DNA of 32,000 bases from Telmatocola sphagniphila. Lineage in GTDB: Bacteria; Planctomycetota; Planctomycetia; Gemmatales; Gemmataceae. The DNA lies in the NCBI RefSeq assembly GCF_018398935.1, contig NZ_CP074694.1, positions 3,480,001-3,512,000 of the forward strand. Reading direction: 5' to 3'. Below are positions 8,199-16,301 of the stretch, one piece after another. Position numbers and translations under genes: made by a program. The notes under the pieces are model-generated. The model was not told where the DNA came from, did not search any database, and was given only the letters and a program-made list of their open reading frames with translations. How positions within the stretch are numbered: position 1 is the stretch's first letter; each line of letters starts with the position of its first letter.

Positions 8199-10805
8199 TC
8201 AGGCATGGCTGGCAATCCGGCTCAGTAGTTTCCGCAACGCTTCCATCGAAACCGGTTTGGTGAAGTGATAATTGAAACCCGCGGCATCCGCTCGCTTTTT
8301 GTCATCCTCCTGTCCCCAACCGGTCAAAGCTATCAGATTGATGCTTTTCCCCCAGGGATAAGTCCGGATGCGCTTGGCCGCTTCGTAGCCGTTCAATCGG
8401 GGCATGCCGATATCCATGAAGATCACTTCGGGCTGATACTCCTCCGCCACTTCCACGGCCATGGCCCCATCGTGCGCTTCTCGTATTTCATAACCCATTA
8501 TCGAAAGCATCATTGACAAACTCTGCACCGAATCCAGGTTGTCATCGGCAACTAAAATCCGAATGCCCTTGCCATCGACTTCCTCCCCGAGTGCGCAGGT
8601 AGTATCGTTTGCTTTCACAGGCTCCGCATCCTCCAGAACTGGTAATCGCACGAGAAACTGGCTGCCATGACCCGGGCCATCACTATGCGCTTCGACGCTT
8701 CCATTATGCATTTCAACCAGCCCCTTCACCAGGGAGAGTCCGATTCCTAAACCGCCCTGAGTTCGTTCGAGGGCGGAATCGACTTGGGAAAATATTTCGA
8801 AAAGTCGATTCAGATGCTCCGGCCGAATTCCTATTCCGGTATCGGAAATCGATATCGCCACTTCAGCGCCTTCCCGCCGGGCGGTAATCCGAATTTCTCC
8901 GCCGCGATCCGTATATTTGGCGGCATTCACCAACAGATTCCCAAAGACCTGAGCGAGCCGAGTGAAATCGCCCTGGATATAGATCGGCTTTTTGGGCAGT
9001 TCGACAATCAGCGCGTGACCGGCGGCTTCGATGGCCGGTCGGCTGGATTCGATGGCACTCGTGAGAATCACTTCGAGGGTAACACGCTCTTTCTGAAGGG
9101 TAATCTTGCCGCGCGTGATCCGCGAGACATCCAGGAGATCGTCCACGAGTCGGGTGAGATGGGCCCCCTGCCTTTCGATGATCTCGCGAGCATTCTGCAG
9201 ATCGGGATTGGATTCGCCTTTCAGCTTAAGATATTGGGCGGCATTGCGAATGGGAGCCAGGGGATTGCGCAGTTCGTGTCCTAGAATGGCGAGAAATTCA
9301 TCCTTTCTACGGTCGGTTTCCTGAAGTTGCTTCAACAATCGGAGTCGTTCGTAGCTGATGGTCACGTAGTGGGTGACGGTGCTGAGAAATTCCAATTCGT
9401 CCGCCTCGAACCAATCCCGCGAACGACTGGCGAATGATAAAGTCCCCAACAATTTTCCGCCGACGATCAGCGGGTTGCAGGCATAGGCGCGCAGACCCAG
9501 CCCTTTGATCAACTGCGTCTTGGAATCCTCGCTCTGTTGAATGAAATTGGCCACCATGGAACGCCGGTGCAGAGCAACGTTGCCACAAATGGCTTGCCCA
9601 AAATTCAATCGTGTCAGTCGAGGCAAATCTTCCGGTGGAATTCCGAGGCAGGAATTGAGCCGCAATTCGCTTCCGCTTTCCGTGACCAGAAAATTGATGT
9701 AGCAATCGAGTCCGAAGTGCGGAGCGATATTCGCAAAAAGTTTCTGCATCATGCTGCCTGGATCTTCCGTAGTCAGCAAAATGGCCGCGGCTTCCCAAAG
9801 TAGTCTCTGGCGATCGGCTGCTTTTTTGGTTTCATCGATATCCGTGCAAGTCCCAAACCATCGGATGATTCTGCCGCTTTCGTCGCGAACCGGGACAGCT
9901 CGACCCAAATGCCAGCGATAGCCGGCATTTAAAGAATTGAATAAGCGAAATTCGATTTCATAAACGTTTCCGGTCTTGAGGGAGTCGTACCAGCGCGCCA
10001 GGCAATTCCCGATATCGTCCGGATGCACTACCGGTCGCCAGACGTCAGAGCCGATGCCCTCGGAAAGAAACCCGGTAAATTCCTGCCAGCGTTTATTGAA
10101 ATAATCGAGATAGCCATCCGCGCGAGCCATCCAGACGATTTGCGGCAGGGCATCGGCCAGCTGCCGGAAGCGAGATTCGCTCTGCCGAGCGGCGGTTTCG
10201 GATTGAACGGCTTTACGCGCTTTCTCCTCGGCCAGCGTTCGCGCGGCTTCTTCGAGTTCCAGTCTTCGGACTGTGTCTTCCTGAATTTTGCGTTCCGTCA
10301 GATCGGTGACTACTAAACCTAAGGCGATACTACCGGATAACGGAAGCACATTTAAAGCCAAGTGGACGGGAATCGAAGCCCCCTCCTTGGGATGCAGCAA
10401 AAATTCCCGTTGAATCTGAGTGCTTTGAGCTTCATGCAGCACTCTATGCCATTCGGATCGATCGAAGGGCGCTATGAATTGCTCGAAGGAACTTCCCCGG
10501 ACCTTCTCCTGTGAAACATTGATCATGCTCGCAAAAGAGTGATTGCAATAGAGGATTGTCCCATCCAGACTTAAACTGGCGGCTCCCTGCCCAGGTTGCA
10601 TAGCTTCGATCAGGACCCGATAAAACTGATCGGCTCCTTCCAGCGTATAAACTCGATGTCCGTTTGGGCCGGCGACTACTAAGGCATCGACCTCCCCACT
10701 GCGAATGGCCTCGAGCGTCGCTTCCGTTTCGATCAAACGAAGTTTGAGTTCTTCGTTTTCCGTCCGAAGCTGCTCAATGTCTGGGTAGTCAGGCATGGCC
10801 CGCAT
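8199..10805 (-). CDS. hybrid sensor histidine kinase (coiled coil-PAS-PAS-GAF-HisKA-HATPase-receiver), last gene of the kai operon
   Basis: 868 aa. Motifs: H-box FLAILGHELRNPLAP, N-box LLVNAAKYT, G1 DTGIGI and G2 GGLGIGLSLV. The C-terminal receiver is canonical (VADDN, FMDIGMP, ALTGW, FTKP). The N-terminal region has PAS-like and GAF-like segments. The start (ATG 10805 or 10796) overlaps the stop of the upstream kaiB. Confidence 0.9.
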   Translation of the reverse strand: MRAMPDYPDIEQLRTENEELKLRLIETEATLEAIRSGEVDALVVAGPNGHRVYTLEGADQFYRVLIEAMQPGQGAASLSLDGTILYCNHSFASMINVSQEKVRGSSFEQFIAPFDRSEWHRVLHEAQSTQIQREFLLHPKEGASIPVHLALNVLPLSGSIALGLVVTDLTERKIQEDTVRRLELEEAARTLAEEKARKAVQSETAARQSESRFRQLADALPQIVWMARADGYLDYFNKRWQEFTGFLSEGIGSDVWRPVVHPDDIGNCLARWYDSLKTGNVYEIEFRLFNSLNAGYRWHLGRAVPVRDESGRIIRWFGTCTDIDETKKAADRQRLLWEAAAILLTTEDPGSMMQKLFANIAPHFGLDCYINFLVTESGSELRLNSCLGIPPEDLPRLTRLNFGQAICGNVALHRRSMVANFIQQSEDSKTQLIKGLGLRAYACNPLIVGGKLLGTLSFASRSRDWFEADELEFLSTVTHYVTISYERLRLLKQLQETDRRKDEFLAILGHELRNPLAPIRNAAQYLKLKGESNPDLQNAREIIERQGAHLTRLVDDLLDVSRITRGKITLQKERVTLEVILTSAIESSRPAIEAAGHALIVELPKKPIYIQGDFTRLAQVFGNLLVNAAKYTDRGGEIRITARREGAEVAISISDTGIGIRPEHLNRLFEIFSQVDSALERTQGGLGIGLSLVKGLVEMHNGSVEAHSDGPGHGSQFLVRLPVLEDAEPVKANDTTCALGEEVDGKGIRILVADDNLDSVQSLSMMLSIMGYEIREAHDGAMAVEVAEEYQPEVIFMDIGMPRLNGYEAAKRIRTYPWGKSINLIALTGWGQEDDKKRADAAGFNYHFTKPVSMEALRKLLSRIASHA

Positions 10806-11148
10806 CCTTTTCGGTACCCGCGGGTTTGCGAACGATATTCAGGCCGCGCAATACTTCTTCTGTTTCGAGAAGGTCGCCTACCAGTCGTCGAATCGGGAGC
10901 GGCAGTACTTTGATGAGCGTGGGAGTAACGATGATCTGCTGTTCCTTTGCCAGATGCGGTTGCTGATGGATATCAATTATTTCGAGTTCGTAGCAGTCTT
11001 TCAAATATTCTTCGCAGACTTTTTGAATGCGTTCCAGGACTTCCTGGGTTCGCGCGGTCACTCCGGCCACGTAGAGACGCAAAAAGTACTTTTCCGCTCC
11101 GATCCTGTTCGCTGCCTCGGGGAGGGATTCCCACCGGTCGTTTTCCAT
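10789..11148 (-). CDS. kaiB: circadian clock protein KaiB homolog (second copy, 119 aa)
   Basis: LRLYVAGVTARTQ...TPTLIKVLPLPIRRLVGDL matches the KaiB core. It has N- and C-terminal extensions relative to ~100-aa KaiB. There is a 9-nt gap after the first kaiB. Confidence 0.88.
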   Translation of the reverse strand: MENDRWESLPEAANRIGAEKYFLRLYVAGVTARTQEVLERIQKVCEEYLKDCYELEIIDIHQQPHLAKEQQIIVTPTLIKVLPLPIRRLVGDLLETEEVLRGLNIVRKPAGTEKDAGHA

Positions 11149-11157
11149 GGCATTCTC

Positions 11158-11481
11158 TTATTTCCTGCGCGGACGTAGTTGCAGCCCAACCAGAAGGCTT
11201 TCAGTATCGGATAAATCGCCAATGATTTTTCGCAATGGCTCGGGCAATTTACGGACGAGTGTCGGGATCGCCACGATCTGATCTCCTGCCGCGAGTTGCG
11301 GATTGACCAGAAGATCGATCACTTCGATCTTGTAGCGACCGGCCAGATGTTCTTCGCAGACTTTTTTCAAGTTAGAGAAAGCCGTTAAGGATTTTGGAGT
11401 ATGACCCGCCACATATAAGCGCAGCTCCCAGACATTCGGGTCTATTAGGGCTTGTACTCGTTCGATGGATTGCTCGCCCAT
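11158..11481 (-). CDS. kaiB: circadian clock protein KaiB homolog (first copy, 107 aa)
   Basis: [12 protein letters not shown]...[21 protein letters not shown] closely follows the cyanobacterial KaiB core (LYVAGNTPNS...TPTLAKVLPLPVRRIIGDLSD). A strong AGGAGG RBS precedes it. There is an 18-nt gap after kaiC. Confidence 0.92.
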   Translation of the reverse strand: MGEQSIERVQALIDPNVWELRLYVAGHTPKSLTAFSNLKKVCEEHLAGRYKIEVIDLLVNPQLAAGDQIVAIPTLVRKLPEPLRKIIGDLSDTESLLVGLQLRPRRK

Positions 11482-11499
11482 GGCCGAGTTCCTCCTTTT

Positions 11500-12960
11500 T
11501 CATCGTGCTGAGGAAATTACGGGGTCACTTCCACCCAGTAATATCCCTTTATCGCTCAGGCTAAATTGCCGTATATGCTTGGAATGGGGCATTCCGCGCG
11601 ATTTCAAAACAAATAACGATCCGCTTCGCGCACCCTCTTTCTCCTGATCGCGCAGTAAAACCCAGGTATCGATAATCGAAGAAATTCCGAAATCGGTCGC
11701 CTCCGGGGTGAAACCATTCCGAATGAGGTTCGTGAACAGGCTGGTGATTCCACGACTTTTCAAAAAATCTACCAGTCGAACCAGCATGCCTTCCGTTTCC
11801 GGGCCCGTTCCCGCCGCGATAAAGTTACTGATTGGATCGATGACCACGATCTTGGGTGCAATATCACTGACAGCCCGGTTAATCAGCGCCAGATGCATCT
11901 CCAGCCCGTACATGCTCGGCCGATGGGACAGGATTTTCAGCAATCCCTGGCCGACACACTTTTCCAGGTCGAGTCCTATGGAACGCATATTTCGGATTAA
12001 CTGTCCCGGAGATTCTTCGAACGAGAAATAGATACATTTCTCCCCGCGCTGGCAGGCGGCGGCAGCAAAATGCGCAGCCAAACTGGTTTTACCGGTTCCG
12101 GCCGTGCCCGAAATCAAGACGCTGGTTCCCCGCAGATAACCTTTCCCTCCGAGCATCTGGTCCAGTGCGGTAACACCCGTTGAAACCCGATCTGTAAATG
12201 CCGGATGATTCATTCCGGCCGAGGTAATCGGTACGACCCAAAGCCCATCGGAATCTATGAGGAAAGGAAATTCATTGGTACCATGAGCCGAGCCGCGATA
12301 TTTGACGATCCGCATCCGGCGCGTGGAAACCTGTTCGGTGACCCGATGGTCGATCATGATTACACAATCCGAGACATATTCTTCAAATCCAAAGCGCGTT
12401 AAAGTACCTTCCCCGCGCTCGGCGGTAATTACCGCGGTTACTCCCTTTTCTTTCAACCAGCGGAAAAGTCGGCGAATCTCCGCTCGCAAGATTTGCATGT
12501 CGGAGAAACCGCTGAACAGAACCTCCAGAGTATCCAGTACTACTCGCTTGGCACCGATGGAATTAATGGCATGGGCGATGCGTACAAATATCCCTTCCAG
12601 ATCGTATTCTCCGGTCTCGCTGATCTCACTTCGTTCCAGATAAACGTAGTCGACCAGGAGTTTTTTTTCGGCGATCAAGCGCTCCAGATCAAACCCCAGG
12701 GAACGAACATTGGCAGCCAGATCGGCGGCCGTCTCCTCGAAGGCCATCATCAGTCCGGGTTCGTTAAACTGAGTGGCCCCCCGCACGAGAAATTCGATGC
12801 TCAGCAGAGTTTTTCCGCAGCCCGGGCCGCCGCAAATCAACGTTGGGCGAGCTAGAGGAAATCCTCCCGAAGTCACTTCGTCCAAGCCTTTGATTCCAGT
12901 CGGGCATTTCGGAAGAGTCTGCATGGCGTGATTCCTGGTGGTTTCAATCGACTGACTCAC
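11500..12960 (-). CDS. kaiC: circadian clock protein KaiC homolog (double RecA-like ATPase)
   Basis: 486 aa. CI has Walker A GGPGCGKT and catalytic EE (MMAFEETAAD). CII has Walker A GTAGTGKT and FSFEESPGQ. The phospho-loop TDFGISSIIDT aligns with cyanobacterial TDSHISTITDT. The GTG start at 12960 is preceded by GGGAGA; an alternative ATG lies at 12924. Confidence 0.95.
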   Translation of the reverse strand: MSQSIETTRNHAMQTLPKCPTGIKGLDEVTSGGFPLARPTLICGGPGCGKTLLSIEFLVRGATQFNEPGLMMAFEETAADLAANVRSLGFDLERLIAEKKLLVDYVYLERSEISETGEYDLEGIFVRIAHAINSIGAKRVVLDTLEVLFSGFSDMQILRAEIRRLFRWLKEKGVTAVITAERGEGTLTRFGFEEYVSDCVIMIDHRVTEQVSTRRMRIVKYRGSAHGTNEFPFLIDSDGLWVVPITSAGMNHPAFTDRVSTGVTALDQMLGGKGYLRGTSVLISGTAGTGKTSLAAHFAAAACQRGEKCIYFSFEESPGQLIRNMRSIGLDLEKCVGQGLLKILSHRPSMYGLEMHLALINRAVSDIAPKIVVIDPISNFIAAGTGPETEGMLVRLVDFLKSRGITSLFTNLIRNGFTPEATDFGISSIIDTWVLLRDQEKEGARSGSLFVLKSRGMPHSKHIRQFSLSDKGILLGGSDPVISSAR

Positions 12961-13153
12961 TTGATCGATTCTCCCAGCGGACGATTTTTATTAAAAAAGT
13001 AAGACCTGGATTTCTCAGCACACTGTTATCTTGATTGATTCACAGGAATGAGTCTGTCGGCTTTTAAACTTACTAACGATTTACTGTCATTCTGGGCCGA
13101 TTTCAGAGCTAGAGTTTTTAATCCGATCCCGAGAATATTTCGTAGGGAACTGT

Positions 13154-13202
13154 AAAAGCAAAGAGCGTCCGGTTTTTACGCCGAGGCCGCTCTTTGCTTT
13201 TT
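13154..13202. terminator. bidirectional-looking rho-independent terminator separating the membrane-protein gene from the kai operon
   Basis: 10-bp perfect stem GCAAAGAGCG / CGCTCTTTGC (13158-13167 / 13188-13197). It is flanked by AAAA on the left and TTTTT on the right. It lies 11 nt downstream of the minus-strand stop at 13213. Confidence 0.65.
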
Positions 13203-13212
13203 AGACCGTTAT

Positions 13213-13911
13213 CTAGGGAACCGAGGAATACTCTAAACGTCGGTTAGTTTCTCGGGTTGTCAGAGGGACAATTCGGAAAGTTGGTCCCAGACCAACCAAT
13301 GAACCAACGGCTGTAGCAAGCAGAGTGATCCAGGTGCCGGCGAAGGCAAACCAGGAAATCCGAGTCGCGGCATCCCAGGCCGCTTTTTCCGCACGTTCTT
13401 GAGCCTGGGGATCGTTTACAAAATCATTGAGTTGCTTCTTCCAGCTATCTACCATCTCGGGGGAAACCCCATTTTGGCGAGCTACCGCTTCCCAATTTTG
13501 GTTCGTACTCACACTGGAGATCCCGGGTGCCATGGCCGACATGGTGTTCAATCCCGTCTTGACTCCAATTGCCCCGAAGATGAGAAGTAAAAAGCAGACC
13601 ACGGACCACATAACTACCCCGTGGAGAATGGCTTCCACTTTATTTTCCCGGGTGATAAACAGACTTGTAACGAGGCCTCCCACGAATAGTGCACTGGCAC
13701 TGATCAGTAGCGTCCAAACTATCGCCCCGATTTGGAGACTCTTGGGATTCACTTTTTCGCTTATCGATAATCCGACGGCCGCACCCAGGATAGCCAGTAG
13801 AGAGTAAAAACCGATGGCGATCAAAGCGCCGCCCAGTATCGCTCCCCAGTTAATCCGCGTGCCGACGGAGTTGAATTCTTTATTGGCACTCATATAGAGT
13901 TCGTCGCTCAT
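13213..13911 (-). CDS. hypothetical multi-pass membrane protein
   Basis: The start is moved to ATG 13909-13911, preceded by AGGAGA. Several hydrophobic Gly/Ala-rich helices are present (WGAILGGALIAIGFYSLLAILGAAVGL, IVWTLLISASALFVGGLV, VMWSVVCFLLLIFGAIGV, WFAFAGTWITLLATAVGSLVGL). I recognise no named family. Confidence 0.7.
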   Translation of the reverse strand: MSDELYMSANKEFNSVGTRINWGAILGGALIAIGFYSLLAILGAAVGLSISEKVNPKSLQIGAIVWTLLISASALFVGGLVTSLFITRENKVEAILHGVVMWSVVCFLLLIFGAIGVKTGLNTMSAMAPGISSVSTNQNWEAVARQNGVSPEMVDSWKKQLNDFVNDPQAQERAEKAAWDAATRISWFAFAGTWITLLATAVGSLVGLGPTFRIVPLTTRETNRRLEYSSVP

Positions 13912-13998
13912 AACACTATCTCCTGTAAATATGTGAAACCCATTTCGGAGGATACCGTTCAATCAGTATCTCTTACCGTAGGGGGTAAATTTCCCGCG

Positions 13999-14118
13999 TT
14001 ATCGGTTGCAGCCGCCGAACAAAAACGCCAGGATGATAAAGGGCAACGGCAGCCCCAGTAGCATGGATGCCAAACCCCACCGCAAATTTCCGGCTCGTCG
14101 AATCGTATTGCGCAACAT
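13999..14118 (-). CDS. candidate small membrane protein (39 aa), not in the ORF track
   Basis: My translation is MLRNTIRRAGNLRWGLASMLLGLPLPFIILAFLFGGCNR. The ATG at 14116-14118 is preceded by AAGGAG at good spacing. It has a basic N-terminus followed by one hydrophobic helix. It lies 87 nt upstream of the same-strand membrane-protein gene. Confidence 0.4.
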   Translation of the reverse strand: MLRNTIRRAGNLRWGLASMLLGLPLPFIILAFLFGGCNR

Positions 14119-14252
14119 GGTCAACTCCTTATTTCTAGGTGAGTCAATTTCGCTCACCTTTGGGAATGAATCCATTTCAGACAGATGAAGTCAGACTTAA
14201 GCAAAAAGTGTTCCAACTATTTTTGCGGCAACCCGAGTTGAAACGAAAATGA

Positions 14253-14286
14253 CTTTGCGATTGGGTATGAAATCCCAATCGCAAAG
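14253..14286. other. perfect 13-bp stem-loop in a long intergenic region
   Basis: CTTTGCGATTGGG (14253-14265), loop TATGAAAT, CCCAATCGCAAAG (14274-14286). There is no clear U-tract on the plus strand and a partially T-rich tail on the minus strand. Confidence 0.5.
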
Positions 14287-14837
14287 TGAACGAAAAGCTA
14301 TATAGGGAACCGCCGGAAGAAACACTCGGCGGATTAAGTGGGAGGGTATATGAACACTGATCGAGAATGGGTTATTCTTGAATCAGATTATTTTTTCCTG
14401 CGGGGAAACTGCTGGAGATTCTTTGCTCGACAAGAGGGGATCTTGTCAGGCTCAATTCGAAGAACCTTGTTCGCGAGCCGATAGTTTGAAAAAATGAAAC
14501 TCGGATCCGCATAAAATAGAGGACATCAGGAAGGTCATGCGAGTTCGCTCCAAGAGAACTTTATTAAAAATCCAGTCGTGTTTACCTCGCAATGGCTGTG
14601 CCAGACTCAAAATTGTTTCAATCAATTTCATCCACAGGGCGGAATCTCGGCTAATGACCTGAGAAGGTGCGAGGAGTATGAGTCCTCGCAGGGCCTTAAG
14701 AGTGGGTTCCCCGAAAATTTCCGTCCGGCGCTGGACGATGCCGCACTCAAGTTTGAGAAGTTACTTGCGCGATGGTACGGCGGAGATCATTTAGGAGCGA
14801 GTAGGAAATTTTCCTGATTCGAGTCGCATCATAAAAC

Positions 14838-14854
14838 CGGCACGAATTATGCAT
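14838..14854 (+). promoter_or_regulatory. sigma-54-like -24/-12 promoter upstream of the pseudo-receiver histidine kinase
   Basis: CGGCACGAATTATGCAT against TGGCACG-N4-TTGCW. GGCACG is exact and the GG-to-GC spacing is correct; the -12 element is ATGCA. It ends 67 nt before ATG 14921, leaving room for a TSS and the AGGAG RBS at 14906-14910. Confidence 0.35.
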
Positions 14855-14920
14855 TTTGCCTTTTGAATTTCTGGAGAGTTCCGATTTGTAAGCTGTGAAA
14901 ATTCCAGGAGTTACATCATC

Positions 14921-16141
14921 ATGCAGAATCCCAAGGAAGACCCGAAGCCCGCAATTCGGATATTACTAATCGATTTGAATCTCGAAACGGAAGCCTTAAT
15001 CCAAAGCTATATCAGAAAAATCGAACATGCTCGCTTCCATCTCGATTCGACGACCGACCTCGGATGCGCTGCGGAATCGATACGGGAAAATCGACACGAT
15101 ATCTACCTACTTCATTTTTCCCCCGCCGGGACCAAACATCTGGATTTTTTGAAGGCCGTTCGAAAGGAGGGTTCCAAGAATCTCATCCTGACCCTTCTGG
15201 ATACCGCCGACGAGAAAGCCGAACGGCTCTTAATGGAGGCCGGAGCGAATGATATTCTCGTCCAGGACCAGTTCGATTCGTCCGATTTGGATCGCACCAT
15301 CCGCTATGCTTTACTTCAGAGGAAATCCGAAGCACAGCTGGAACGCCTGATCCAAGAAAGGACGCTCGAGCTGGCATTTGCCAATCAGACATTGCTGCTA
15401 GCGGATAAGCGGAAAAACGAATTTCTGGCTAGTCTGGCTCATGAACTTCGAAATCCCCTCACGCCCATCCAAAATGCGCTGGAAGTTATCCAAAATTCCA
15501 GCCAGCAACCTGGCCAAGTGGAGAAAGCGCGAGGAATCATCGAACGCCAATTGCAGGATCTGATTCGCTTAATCGACGACTTTCTCGTCATCTCCCGAAT
15601 CACTCGAAATAAGCTAACACTTCAATCGGAACAACTCGATTTGGCCGATGTTCTAAATCACTCGCTGGAAACTAATCAGCCTCTGATCGATAAAGCGCAT
15701 TTGAAAATCGAAAAGAATTTCCAGGAAGGAGATTGTTTCGTGTACGGAGATCGCATGCGATTGGAGCAGATTTTTGGCAACCTGCTCAACAACGCCATCA
15801 AGTTCAATCGACCTCATGGTAAGATCACTCTATCGGTTAAAGCAGAGAAGAAGCAGTACGTTACGCGAATTGCCGACACGGGAATCGGAATACCTCGACT
15901 GGAGTTGCAGGCTCTGTTAGCGTCTACCCGAAGCGAAGCCTTTAAACCCAACCATACTTCCAACGGCCTCGGTTTGGGCCTCACTCTCGTCAAAAAACTC
16001 GTTGAGATGCACGGCGGCTCCGTATCAATTCAAAGCGCGGGCAAAGACCAGGGCACCGAGGCCATCGTCCGACTCCCCAAATGGACGCGATGCGAAGAAT
16101 CTTCGGCCTCCTCGAAGTCGGCGACCAAAGGCGCCCTGTAA
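14921..16141 (+). CDS. histidine kinase with N-terminal pseudo-receiver domain
   Basis: 406 aa. H-box FLASLAHELRNPLTP, N-box LLNNAIKFN, G1 DTGIGI and G2 NGLGLGLTLV. The N-terminal ~130 aa follow the receiver fold pattern but lack the key residues. IDLN replaces DD, LLHFSP replaces the phospho-Asp, LTLLD replaces the conserved Thr, and LVQDQ replaces the conserved Lys. Confidence 0.85.
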   Translation: MQNPKEDPKPAIRILLIDLNLETEALIQSYIRKIEHARFHLDSTTDLGCAAESIRENRHDIYLLHFSPAGTKHLDFLKAVRKEGSKNLILTLLDTADEKAERLLMEAGANDILVQDQFDSSDLDRTIRYALLQRKSEAQLERLIQERTLELAFANQTLLLADKRKNEFLASLAHELRNPLTPIQNALEVIQNSSQQPGQVEKARGIIERQLQDLIRLIDDFLVISRITRNKLTLQSEQLDLADVLNHSLETNQPLIDKAHLKIEKNFQEGDCFVYGDRMRLEQIFGNLLNNAIKFNRPHGKITLSVKAEKKQYVTRIADTGIGIPRLELQALLASTRSEAFKPNHTSNGLGLGLTLVKKLVEMHGGSVSIQSAGKDQGTEAIVRLPKWTRCEESSASSKSATKGAL

Positions 16142-16257
16142 GCACCGGAAAGATTTTGTCCTCGATTACGCATTTCAGTGCTCAATTCGGACAGCTTTTG
16201 CACAAAAAACGCTATTTACTTGGATTATCTAAGGCCTTTTTGGGCAATTTACCGCAT

Positions 16258-16274
16258 TGGCATGGGAAATGCTT
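16258..16274 (+). promoter_or_regulatory. sigma-54-like -24/-12 promoter
   Basis: TGGCATGGGAAATGCTT against TGGCACG-N4-TTGCW. GG and GC are correctly spaced, with two mismatches. It ends 27 nt before ATG 16302, with AGGAGG at 16293-16298. Confidence 0.4.
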
Positions 16275-16301
16275 TATTAACAGAAACGATTTAGGAGGAA
16301 T

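Noticed and set aside
14578-14817. 79-aa plus-strand ORF
   Set aside because: It has a GTG start without an RBS and no recognisable features. I mention it only as part of the unexplained 14119-14920 region.
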